A stretch of 31,777 bases of DNA from Bdellovibrionota bacterium (lineage in GTDB: Bacteria; Bdellovibrionota_C; UBA2361; JBIKWN01): positions 1 through 31,777 of the forward strand of contig JBIKWN010000027.1 in the NCBI GenBank assembly GCA_044356295.1, written 5' to 3'. Under the pieces are notes generated by a model that had not been told where the DNA came from, searched no databases, and saw only the letters and a program-made list of their open reading frames with translations. The translations under genes were made by a program, and so were the position numbers. The stretch's first letter is position 1. Each line of letters begins with the position of its first letter. Shown here one piece after another: positions 9,143 through 18,017 of this stretch.

Positions 9143-9392
9143 AGTATCGAAATTAAACCTTTATTTGCGCCTTAAGAAAAATATTTCATTCATTTCTTAA
9201 GCCACACACTTAGCCACTTACCTATAACTGTAAATACGCACTCAAAAGGGCAATTATATGACATCGATTCGTTCAAGCGAGCCATCTTCAGGATCGGTAT
9301 CAGAAAAATTTCCCATGCAAACTCCGTTTAATCAGAAACAGGAATAATCCTTGAACACTTTTCTTTCTGAAAAAATATAAAGTTCAAATTCT

Positions 9393-10349
9393 ATGGCACA
9401 AGTATCACAAGAAACATTACGTTCATCGTACGAACGAGTTTATGGTAAAGATACCATTCGTGAATCAATAGACTCAGATCTGTTACAACCAGCTTTTCAG
9501 ACAGTTAATGTTGGCGATGAGAATCTTTTGATTCAGTGGTTAGGTTTAAAAGGAACTCTTTATTTAAAAGAAGCACTTTTTTCAAACTGTGCGAAAGGTG
9601 TTTACCGCCTTGAATCGGAAGGTGACCTTTTGAAAATTGCTGGAAGTAAGGATGCGATCGGGATGTTTATGAGAGCATTTCATCAAAGGCATACTGAATC
9701 TTCAAACTATCACATGCGCGGAGTTGATAAATCGGACCATATTGAAGTTTTATTCGGGACGCCGCTCCATGAAACCTCTTTACATATTTTATTATCCCTG
9801 ATGCAGAGAGCTCTGGTTGAAGAAGTTCTACCGATTCTACCTATTGGTAAAAATCGAATTGAATTTCGTGCATACTTCCAAGCACGAAATACTGATTCTC
9901 CAAGCTTTGAACTTATGCTTGCAAAAAAGTCATCATCGAGTGTCGTTGGAAATGTTTCTTCTGGTGGAACGTATGTTGATGGTAAGGCTGCTCTTGAAGA
10001 TCTGACCTGTACGTTTGATCTTTCGGCAAGTGACATTATTGAACTGGCTATAGCTCAAGCTACGGAAGCTGCAGCATGTTACGTCGGTACAGGTTTAGGT
10101 CGAACTATGGCTCTTCAGATTCCTGAAGCACCTATAATTGAACAAGGGTTGCGAGATTTTGCTGTTGATTTTGTACCTTTAGATCCTAAGCTCACGAGCA
10201 GCCATTTTGGCTTGATTGAAGTCCAGCCACTTCCTGATTTAGACACTCCTTTAAAGCTATTTCCGAGTAGCGTGTCTCGTCTTTTTAGCAATCGTAAGAC
10301 TTTAGAGAATCAAGCAAGGTTATCTTGTATGGCAAATAGATTGTCATAA
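9393..10349 (+). CDS. Hypothetical protein with an ATP-grasp-like C-terminal region
   Basis: 318-aa ORF. IEFRAYFQ, VVGNVSSGG, FAVDFV and GLIEVQ occur in the order seen in ATP-grasp (YheC/D, RimK-type) folds. Confidence 0.5.
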   Translation: MAQVSQETLRSSYERVYGKDTIRESIDSDLLQPAFQTVNVGDENLLIQWLGLKGTLYLKEALFSNCAKGVYRLESEGDLLKIAGSKDAIGMFMRAFHQRHTESSNYHMRGVDKSDHIEVLFGTPLHETSLHILLSLMQRALVEEVLPILPIGKNRIEFRAYFQARNTDSPSFELMLAKKSSSSVVGNVSSGGTYVDGKAALEDLTCTFDLSASDIIELAIAQATEAAACYVGTGLGRTMALQIPEAPIIEQGLRDFAVDFVPLDPKLTSSHFGLIEVQPLPDLDTPLKLFPSSVSRLFSNRKTLENQARLSCMANRLS

Positions 10350-10412
10350 CCTAACCCCTCGTTCTTTTTAAGGATTTCACTTTTTGTCAGGGTTTGGTAG
10401 CGTACTACCCCT

Positions 10413-12716
10413 ATGACACTATTTCGAAATCGCAAAGCTCTCTCCATCTCCTTATTAATATCTTTTATCCTGTTGGTGAATTTCTCTTCAGCCCAAGATC
10501 GATATTCTATTTCATCTATTCAAGTCCAAGGTAATAAACGAATTGATACTGATGCAATCATGGCACAGATAAAATCTAAACCTGGAACGGTGACTGTTGA
10601 TCAAGTGAGTGAAGATGTTGCAACAATTTATAAAACTGGTTTTTTCAAAACAGTAGATGCAGCAGTTGGAGATGATGCTGGAAGTTCTGCCCTTGTTTTT
10701 AAATTGGTTGAAAAGCCAATGGTTAGAAAGATCTTTACCAAAGGAAATGAAGCAGTAGGTGAGAGCGACCTTGTTGAGATTATAAAATTTGGTGAGAAAC
10801 GATTTTTTGATAGAAACAAAATCGATTCGTTACGACGAGCACTCGTAAGTTTTTATCAGACGAAAGGTTACAACGATGCTTCTATTACGGATAGCGAAAC
10901 CGAAGTAGGTGAGAATCAAGTCGATGTTACTTTTATCATTAACGAAGGTCGACGTTTTAAACTTCGTAGAATTGAATTTAATGGCATCAAGAATTTATCA
11001 GCATCTGATCTTCGTGATGTGATGCAAACAAAAGTATACAAATGGTATAGCTCTTGGTTATTTGGAACCGGTAGGGCGAGTGATGATGTATTAGAAGCCG
11101 ACAGAAGCGCAGTACGTCAGTACTTTATGGATAATGGATACCTCGAGGCAACAATCAGCGATCCTAAAATTGAATCTAACTCTGACACTGCAGAGGTTAA
11201 AGTTTCTTTTGATATTAATGAAGGCAAACAGTTTAAGATTGGCTCTATCTCTGCTTCAGGTGATCTTATTGATAATTCGAGCAGTAAAACTGTCGAAGAT
11301 ATCGAGTCTGAAGCTGGTGAGATATTTAGTGCAGCAAAAGTAAGAAAAGATAGCTTTACTATCTCGGATAAATTTGGTGATAAAGGATTTGCTTTCGCAA
11401 ACGTATCAGCTGCAACAGATCTAAAATCAGAAGAAGGAATCGTTAATCTTATTTTTCAAATAGCAAAAGGTAAACCGGTGAAGGTGAACCGTATTACTAT
11501 TAAAGGTAATGAAAAAACTTATGATAACGTCATACGAAGGGAGCTTCGCGTACAGGAGCAACAACAGTATTCAAGCTCTAAAATTAAAAGAAGCCAAGCA
11601 CTTCTTGAACGGCTTGGTTATTTTGATGAAGTATCTATTACTAACGAGCCAGTTGTTGGTAAGGATGATTTAGTAAATCTCAATGTGAATGTAAAAGAAG
11701 CTCAATCTACTGGTTCGTTCAGTATTGGGGCAGGGTATTCTACTTCTGATGGTGCTATTGCTAATGCGAGACTTACTGAAAATAATATTCTTGGAACTGG
11801 GCGACGGGTTGATCTGAACGCCGATGTTGGAACACAGAGAACAAATATAAATCTTGCCTTATCCGATAGAAGAATTGCAGATACTGATATTTCTGGCAGT
11901 GTTGAAGGGTTCCGTTCGTCAAGATTATTCCGAGATTTTGAAAAAGTACTTACAGGTGGTGCTGTTTCAGTAGGATATCCTCTTGAATCTATTTTTGGAG
12001 AGGCTTTAGATGACTTTATGACAAGTATGCGTCTAGAGAGTGGTAATGCTGACATTCAAGATGTATCGCAAGACGCAGCAACTTTGATCAAGGATTCTGT
12101 AGGCTCTCTTAGTTACACTTCTCTATCACCCTCTATTCAACGAAATACTATTAATAATCCCTTAAATCCAGTTAAGGGATCGAATCAATTAATTTCATTT
12201 GAATATGCTGGTCTTTCTGGAGATGCTGAGTATACGTTGTTTGAAGCAAGAAATACTGTCTATGCCCCGATAGCACGATCTGAAATCGGTGAATTTGTTT
12301 TTTCGAATAGGACTCGTCTTGCATACGGTGAAAGTCAAAACGATGATCCATTTCCTCTTTTTAAACGATTCTTCCCAGGCGGTATTAACTCTGTTCGAGG
12401 ATATGACGCACGTTCCTTAGGTCCTGTTGAAAATGGGTCAGAGTTCGGAGGATCAAAACAATTTATAAATAACGCTGAAATTATTTTCCCTTTGATAGAA
12501 TCTGCAGGAATTAGGGGTGTTATTTTTTATGATGTAGGACAAGCATTTGATGATAATACGTCAATTGATTTTGGCTCACTTCGTCAATCGTGGGGTGGTG
12601 GTATTCGTTGGTTGTCGCCGATGGGTCCTCTACGATTTGAGTTTGGCTTTCCTATTAATAGAGAGCCTGGTGAGGATTCTATGCAGCCGATGTTTAGTTT
12701 TGGAGCGCCGATGTAG
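10413..12716 (+). CDS. bamA: Outer membrane protein assembly factor BamA
   Basis: Signal peptide, POTRA repeats (GNKRID, GNEKTYDNVIRRE, LERLGYF), VRGY motif, and WLSPMGPLRFEFG in the barrel C-terminus. Confidence 0.96.
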   Translation: MTLFRNRKALSISLLISFILLVNFSSAQDRYSISSIQVQGNKRIDTDAIMAQIKSKPGTVTVDQVSEDVATIYKTGFFKTVDAAVGDDAGSSALVFKLVEKPMVRKIFTKGNEAVGESDLVEIIKFGEKRFFDRNKIDSLRRALVSFYQTKGYNDASITDSETEVGENQVDVTFIINEGRRFKLRRIEFNGIKNLSASDLRDVMQTKVYKWYSSWLFGTGRASDDVLEADRSAVRQYFMDNGYLEATISDPKIESNSDTAEVKVSFDINEGKQFKIGSISASGDLIDNSSSKTVEDIESEAGEIFSAAKVRKDSFTISDKFGDKGFAFANVSAATDLKSEEGIVNLIFQIAKGKPVKVNRITIKGNEKTYDNVIRRELRVQEQQQYSSSKIKRSQALLERLGYFDEVSITNEPVVGKDDLVNLNVNVKEAQSTGSFSIGAGYSTSDGAIANARLTENNILGTGRRVDLNADVGTQRTNINLALSDRRIADTDISGSVEGFRSSRLFRDFEKVLTGGAVSVGYPLESIFGEALDDFMTSMRLESGNADIQDVSQDAATLIKDSVGSLSYTSLSPSIQRNTINNPLNPVKGSNQLISFEYAGLSGDAEYTLFEARNTVYAPIARSEIGEFVFSNRTRLAYGESQNDDPFPLFKRFFPGGINSVRGYDARSLGPVENGSEFGGSKQFINNAEIIFPLIESAGIRGVIFYDVGQAFDDNTSIDFGSLRQSWGGGIRWLSPMGPLRFEFGFPINREPGEDSMQPMFSFGAPM

Positions 12717-12819
12717 TATTTTTTCTTACATTTCGAAGAGAAAATATTAATTGTGATTTACCAATAATAGGAAGATAATTTCTATATAAAGATTTGGGGC
12801 CTCACCCATAGGATAAAAA

Positions 12820-13224
12820 ATGAAAAATATCTCACTTATTTTTTTGCTTTGTACTATTTTTTCAGCATCAACTGTTTTTGCATTAACACCAACTCCGACT
12901 CCTACGCCCTCAGCTTGTCAAAATCTGCAAGCTTGTGTGTCATCTGGTGTATCTGCAACGCTTACAAGTTGTATAGCTGATAATTCAGCATGTACTTTTA
13001 AAAAGCCCGGAAAGTTTGCTGTAAGTGCTTCTGATCTTAGTGAACGTTCAATTGTAAGTTCTAAGTGTCGAAATAAAACTAAAAAATCTGCATGTAATCT
13101 TTGTTATAACCTAGCTAAGATACCTCTTAAGTCTAGATATGACGGGTCTCTCTTTCATGGATTATTAGCTCAAGCTGTATCAATCATCGAGTCTGAGCGT
13201 AAGTCTCGTTGTTCAGGTTTGTAG
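12820..13224 (+). CDS. Small secreted cysteine-rich protein
   Basis: RBS AGGA, Sec signal ending VFA, a TPTPTPTP linker, and 8 Cys in the mature region. Confidence 0.8.
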   Translation: MKNISLIFLLCTIFSASTVFALTPTPTPTPSACQNLQACVSSGVSATLTSCIADNSACTFKKPGKFAVSASDLSERSIVSSKCRNKTKKSACNLCYNLAKIPLKSRYDGSLFHGLLAQAVSIIESERKSRCSGL

Positions 13225-13286
13225 ATATTTTCTGCTAAAATCAGAATTTCTAGAAAATCATTTTGACTCCTAACTATCTGATAATA

Positions 13287-13365
13287 TTCGATATATCGAA
13301 CCACTTTTCGATATGATTCAAATAGAAAAAAGATGCATTTTTATGCCACCTTACATGCATTTTTA
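13287..13365. promoter_or_regulatory. Cluster of inverted and direct repeats upstream of the hydrolase gene (putative operator)
   Basis: Palindrome TTCGATATATCGAA (13287-13300), a third TTCGATAT (13307-13314), and direct repeat ATGCATTTTTA at 13333 and 13355. Confidence 0.4.
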
Positions 13366-13406
13366 GCATATCTATATGTAGACAGGTATTTAAGAGCTAA
13401 AAGGTT

Positions 13407-15866
13407 ATGACACCAACTTCAGGCGCCAATACAAGCACCAATTCAAAACGATCACCGCGGTCGCTTTCTGAGGTTACGATTGTTCTTGATGCAGGGCATG
13501 AACATAAAGATTCTGGTGCTGTTGTTAATGGTGTAAAAGAAGTCGATTTCACACGTAAACAAACTGCAGCTATAAAGAAAGAACTAGAGTCACGTGGATA
13601 TAAAGTAGTAATCGCTTCAGATCGATCAGTTGATAAGAATGGTGATGGAAGTGTTTCGAATGAAGAGCGAGCGCTTTTTGCCAATAAACACCCGAATCCT
13701 CTATTTATCAGTATTCATGCCGACTCGGGATTAAAAAACGGAACAACTCTGTATTATCCAACTGAAGTTGATGCTTCTGTTAATGCAAACAGTCAGTTCT
13801 GGGCATCTGGGATTGCTAAAGCTCTTGGTTCCTCACTGGGCACTGAAAATCAAACAGGCAAAGGTGCTAATGGTGGGCTTACGAAATCAAAAAATCTTAA
13901 ATCCGGAAGCGCAATATTCCATGTTGAAGTCCTTAATTTAAAAGATCCCACAGATAGAAAAAATGCGCAGTCGCAAGAATTTATTGATGGATTTGCAAAA
14001 CGATTTGTTGATGCTCTTGTTTCAACAGGTAGTGGAAACGTAGCACTTCCCAAAATTCCACGTTCTGATGTTCAAAAAGATAATAAAGAATCTAACAATG
14101 TTGATACTACTTCTTCAACTAGTCAGAGTGTCAGTTCAGGTATTGATCTAAGTGTTATTGCTTCAATCGGTGCAGGAAATTCCAGTTCATACATAAAAGC
14201 AGGAAAAACTGGTGTCGAAGTTGTTGAAGTAAAAAAACTTTTAAATACCTGGTTAAAACAACAAGGACGAAGTGAGTTAGTATTAACTCCTGATTGCGAT
14301 GCTGAAATGGTACGTGCAATCAAAGATTTTCAAAAACAAAGTGGCATATCAAAAGAATTAAAGCTTTTCACAAAAGGTGGCTTAGTTGTCGATGGAGTTG
14401 TTGGCCCTTGGACATTAACTGCTTTATTGAAAGCAAATGGAATTGAAGATCCTCAGGCTGCTCTTGCCCAATATAACGGTTCGAATTTTGATCTTGTTGC
14501 TGTTCTACAAAGCGTTCGTGGAGGAGTGTTTGTTGATTCGATTTCAGGTGAACCTGACTGGGATGCATTAGCAGATCTACAATTCAATAATAACCAAATA
14601 CCGGTCTCTGCTAATCCTTTAACTGATGCCGAGATTGCTTCACGTGATGCCCCTAAAGCTGTCAAAGATGCTCTTGATGAAACGTACCAAAAATTTAAAG
14701 ACTTTGATTATGGTTGGGGCGCTACTGGAGAAAATGGTCGTATTGATTGTTCAGCGTTTGTATCTTGGTATTTAAGGAGATTAGGCTTAAGAACTAAAGA
14801 TGGCAGTTGGAGACAAACTACTCTTGGGCTTATTGATGCTGAATCTGTATTTCCAGGACAAGTTAAAAAGATTGACCACAATGAACTGAGAGAAGGCGAT
14901 TTTATTGTTTGGGTTGGTCAAGGAGACAAAAGACATACTGGTGTTGTTGGACCTGACGGTATTATTTATCAATCTGCTTCAAAAATGGGCGGTGGAGGTG
15001 TGAATGACAATGTATCGGTTAGTTCATTTATCGCAACAGCTTCTAAATACAAACAATGGGCATGTTTTAGACCTATTGTTGCGGGCGAAGTAGTTGAAAG
15101 ACCAAGTAATCCAGTTTTTTCAGCAACCAATTTTCTTGATTCAAGCTCTGTAAATTTTAATGGAAAAACTTTTAGAGTTTCGTCTGAGTTTAAATCTAAT
15201 CTTGCATCTTCGACTGCAAAAGAAGAACTTGGAACAGAAGGTTTAATTGATTGGAATGCATCAGAGCCTGCTTGGGCAAGTTTGGGTATTATGCATGCAA
15301 CATGGGGTAAGGATGGAACATTTGCAGGTAATTCATTCTCAGATTTTATTGAATTTGCCAAAAAGAAAAATGCACCAGGAATACCTTCATTCTTAACTTC
15401 AAATAGCGCCAATCCTTGGGCGAGCCGTTCTGAGTTTTTATCTGCAAAGAGAAATAACGATCCGAGAATGGTTGAACTACAGCGATTCTTGGAAAATTCA
15501 GCTGAATTACAAACTGACTTTATGATAGCTCGATTTAATGGGTTTTTAGAAACACAAGCTCCAAAATTGAGTGCTGTAGGTAAAGAAAATTTATTAAAGT
15601 TGTTGCAGTCTGAGCAGGGGATTAAAGCTGCTATAATGTATGTTTCATTTAAAGGTGAAGGTACACCAGGTTCATCTACTTCGTGGGGGCTAAGCAATGT
15701 TCTCGAAAGAAATAATTTTGGAGCAAATCCTGTCGTTGCGTTTACCACTAATGCTAAAGCGGTACTTGAATCTAGGCATCCAAAGTATACCCAGTACGCG
15801 GGCGGTTGGACGCGTCGTCTGTCTGGATGGAATGTTAATCAATCTGAATTAGTCGCTACGACGTAG
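13407..15866 (+). CDS. Multidomain peptidoglycan hydrolase: Amidase_3, PG-binding, NlpC/P60 and an uncharacterised lysozyme-like domain
   Basis: Amidase residues LDAGH, E, ISIHAD and HVEV. PG-binding AIKDFQK...VDGVVGPWT. NlpC/P60 YGWGA...IDCSAFV...HTGVV. C-terminal WNASE..ASLGIMH..W, FKGEG, WGL and GWTRRL. Confidence 0.88.
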   Translation: MTPTSGANTSTNSKRSPRSLSEVTIVLDAGHEHKDSGAVVNGVKEVDFTRKQTAAIKKELESRGYKVVIASDRSVDKNGDGSVSNEERALFANKHPNPLFISIHADSGLKNGTTLYYPTEVDASVNANSQFWASGIAKALGSSLGTENQTGKGANGGLTKSKNLKSGSAIFHVEVLNLKDPTDRKNAQSQEFIDGFAKRFVDALVSTGSGNVALPKIPRSDVQKDNKESNNVDTTSSTSQSVSSGIDLSVIASIGAGNSSSYIKAGKTGVEVVEVKKLLNTWLKQQGRSELVLTPDCDAEMVRAIKDFQKQSGISKELKLFTKGGLVVDGVVGPWTLTALLKANGIEDPQAALAQYNGSNFDLVAVLQSVRGGVFVDSISGEPDWDALADLQFNNNQIPVSANPLTDAEIASRDAPKAVKDALDETYQKFKDFDYGWGATGENGRIDCSAFVSWYLRRLGLRTKDGSWRQTTLGLIDAESVFPGQVKKIDHNELREGDFIVWVGQGDKRHTGVVGPDGIIYQSASKMGGGGVNDNVSVSSFIATASKYKQWACFRPIVAGEVVERPSNPVFSATNFLDSSSVNFNGKTFRVSSEFKSNLASSTAKEELGTEGLIDWNASEPAWASLGIMHATWGKDGTFAGNSFSDFIEFAKKKNAPGIPSFLTSNSANPWASRSEFLSAKRNNDPRMVELQRFLENSAELQTDFMIARFNGFLETQAPKLSAVGKENLLKLLQSEQGIKAAIMYVSFKGEGTPGSSTSWGLSNVLERNNFGANPVVAFTTNAKAVLESRHPKYTQYAGGWTRRLSGWNVNQSELVATT

Positions 15867-16148
15867 TATGTTGTTGGTGTAGTTGAAGCTTCTTCTCAAC
15901 ATGTAAAATTCCTGCTTCGGTAAACTGCTCTCCAAACTCACAAAATCCAAGTTTTCTGTAAAATTCAGCTGCACTTACCTGCGCATTGAGTTTTATCTCT
16001 TTTATCCCTGACGCTTTGGCGTCTTCTATCATCGCTTTTGTTATCATAGCTCCAATTCCTGTGCCTCGAATAGATTTTCGAACAGAAGTGCCATATTAAG
16101 CTTTTGTTGATTTCTCGCAATAATTATACTGGGTTAATCTTGATTCAT
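15856..16148 (-). pseudogene. GNAT acetyltransferase (ElaA/YjcF-like) pseudogene
   Basis: ATG at 16148 is coupled to the marR stop. Reads MNQD*PSIIIARNQQKLNMAL, then changes frame into VRKSIRGTGIG...LNAQVSAAEFYRKLGF..GEQFTEAGILH. The central part is missing. Confidence 0.8.
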
Positions 16149-16591
16149 GACTGCCTCACTTTTTGTAATGCATCACGGTATTTCATCATTGATGAAATAA
16201 GTTGAATCTGATCTTTTTTCGATAACATTTTGAGTGCTCTAGAAAGAAAGTGATTCGTTTTTTCATCAAGCGTTTTTAATGACGTTTTGCCGTGGGACGA
16301 GAGCGAGAGAATCTTTGCTCTTTTATCGATTGGATCACTGGTGATCCGAATATATTTTGATGCTTCAAGTCGCGAAGCCATGCGTGATGTTGTTGATTGG
16401 TCTAAGAGTAGGGACTTACTGAGCTCTTTTATTGATACTTCACCATGAGCTTCGATCTCTTTTAGCGCGTGCCCCTCTGCCAGGGTAAGGCTTTGGGCTC
16501 CGAGTCTATCGGGGTGAAGGGCTCCAAGTTCACGGATAAGGCTCCTGGTAAGCGCTCGAAGGGAATCCATAGAAAATTGTGGTGTCGTCAT
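16145..16591 (-). CDS. MarR-family transcriptional regulator
   Basis: 148-aa winged HTH with ELSKSLLLDQSTTSRMASRLE and DPIDKR. Confidence 0.92.
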   Translation of the reverse strand: MTTPQFSMDSLRALTRSLIRELGALHPDRLGAQSLTLAEGHALKEIEAHGEVSIKELSKSLLLDQSTTSRMASRLEASKYIRITSDPIDKRAKILSLSSHGKTSLKTLDEKTNHFLSRALKMLSKKDQIQLISSMMKYRDALQKVRQS

Positions 16592-16596
16592 TTATA

Positions 16597-16628
16597 TGCA
16601 TAGTACACATAGATATATGTACTATGCA
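16597..16628. promoter_or_regulatory. Inverted repeat immediately upstream of marR (operator and/or hairpin)
   Basis: TGCATAGTACA-N10-TGTACTATGCA, perfect 11-bp arms, 5 bp from the marR ATG. Confidence 0.6.
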
Positions 16629-17278
16629 AGTATTTCTTGTTTTGCTCCGAGCAGCTGAGCTGTTTGTTCGTTGTGAGTTGTAAAAATGAGACTACTGCCT
16701 TTCGCGATTTTTTCTCTTATTTTCTCATGAATAATACTAAAAATCGCAGGCGATAATGGATCGAACAGTTCATCAATGACAAATAAATCGTGATTTGTTT
16801 CTAGTGCAGTTAAAATAGTAACAGCACACTGCTCACCGCGTGAAAGCTGACAGAATAAATAATCCTGTTTTTTAACAAGCTGTAGTTCCTCGATAATCTT
16901 AGAACAAGAACTTTCCGCAACTGATTTCGATGAACCATTAAGCATTAAGAAATGAACAATATTTTTATGCACTTCTAGATTGCCATACATCATAGGGCCC
17001 GCAAAAAGGAGCGGGCAGATTGTTCCTGGAACCTCTAAGGTGCCACTCGATGGTGCATAAACTCCAGCAATAATTTTTAAAAGCGTTGTCTTTCCGGATC
17101 CATTTTTCCCAACAATTCTCGTACTAGTACCAGAGGTAATGTGAAGTGAAGTATCAGAAAAAACATGTATTGATAGTCTTTTTCTGAGTCTTCCTGAGAA
17201 AAGCGAAACAAATGATTGTTTGGTAAAGGGCCGTTCGAAGGTCTTTGATAGATTTTTCGCTGATAGGTATGTGCGCAT
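16622..17278 (-). CDS. wzt: Polysaccharide-export ABC ATPase (Wzt/TagH-like, short and divergent)
   Basis: Walker A GKNGSGKTT followed by IAGVYAPSSG, signature LSRGE, Walker B FVIDE and H-loop TTHN. Adjacent to the permease. Confidence 0.75.
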   Translation of the reverse strand: MRTYLSAKNLSKTFERPFTKQSFVSLFSGRLRKRLSIHVFSDTSLHITSGTSTRIVGKNGSGKTTLLKIIAGVYAPSSGTLEVPGTICPLLFAGPMMYGNLEVHKNIVHFLMLNGSSKSVAESSCSKIIEELQLVKKQDYLFCQLSRGEQCAVTILTALETNHDLFVIDELFDPLSPAIFSIIHEKIREKIAKGSSLIFTTHNEQTAQLLGAKQEILA

Positions 17279-17279
17279 C

Positions 17280-18017
17280 TTATTGTAGCTCCACGAGCTT
17301 TGCTCGATTTCTTTCAGTTATCAAAAGCGCACAAACTGCGAGTATCAACAGTAGGAGTGTTTGAGGAATAACGGTTAAAAACTGTATCTCACCACGTGCG
17401 AACGACAGTGCAGGAACAATAGGATTATATGATTGTAAAGATCCAAGAATAGGATTTTGTGGTTTGTAATAAAAAATTGGTGTCAAAAAGAATCCAATAC
17501 GAAGAGCAAGCCCCCATAGCCTTGAAGTATCATTGAGCTTTGATTGAAACCAAACCAAGACGACTCCTAATAATAGTGCCAGTGGTGTGGTGAGTAATAT
17601 GCTTAGTACGAATAAAAATAAGTTCGAAAAAGGTGCTCCAAAAAAAAGATACAGTAATAGAAAACCTATCATTCCTTCCAATATACTAATCGCTGTTTGC
17701 ACCAAAAGAGACGCAGTCATTAGTGTGGTAAGTTTGATAGTGCTACTATGTAAATATTGACCACGAGTTAAAATAATTAATCCAAGGGTGCTCGTCGTAT
17801 TCGAAAAGAAATTCCAGATAAGTATCCCAGTAAGAAGATAGACTGCATAAGACGCTGGAGCATTCTCAGCTTTATTAAAGAAGACACCAAAAAGACTTAA
17901 AAAAAGCAGCAATGGATTTATAAGAGTCCAAAAGAAACCTAAAAAAGTTCCTTGATCTCGAAGCAAGAATTCAGTTCGAGCAATTACTACTGCCTGTCTA
18001 AGATAGTTCAAGTTCAT
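17280..18017 (-). CDS. wzm: Polysaccharide-export ABC-2 permease (Wzm-like)
   Basis: RDQGTFLGFFWTLINPLL, FFLTPIFY and YNPI motifs, with about 6 TM segments. Confidence 0.85.
   Translation of the reverse strand: MNLNYLRQAVVIARTEFLLRDQGTFLGFFWTLINPLLLFLSLFGVFFNKAENAPASYAVYLLTGILIWNFFSNTTSTLGLIILTRGQYLHSSTIKLTTLMTASLLVQTAISILEGMIGFLLLYLFFGAPFSNLFLFVLSILLTTPLALLLGVVLVWFQSKLNDTSRLWGLALRIGFFLTPIFYYKPQNPILGSLQSYNPIVPALSFARGEIQFLTVIPQTLLLLILAVCALLITERNRAKLVELQ

Noticed and set aside
9171..9201. 9-bp inverted repeat CTTAAGAAA-N13-TTTCTTAAG
   Set aside because: AT-rich and weak with no U-tract; could be chance, so not called as a terminator or operator.
14969..15748. 259-aa antisense ORF within the hydrolase gene
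   Set aside because: Shadow frame of a well-supported sense gene, with no recognisable motifs.
13407..15866. Prophage endolysin interpretation of the hydrolase
   Set aside because: No holin, spanin, structural or integrase genes in the window.
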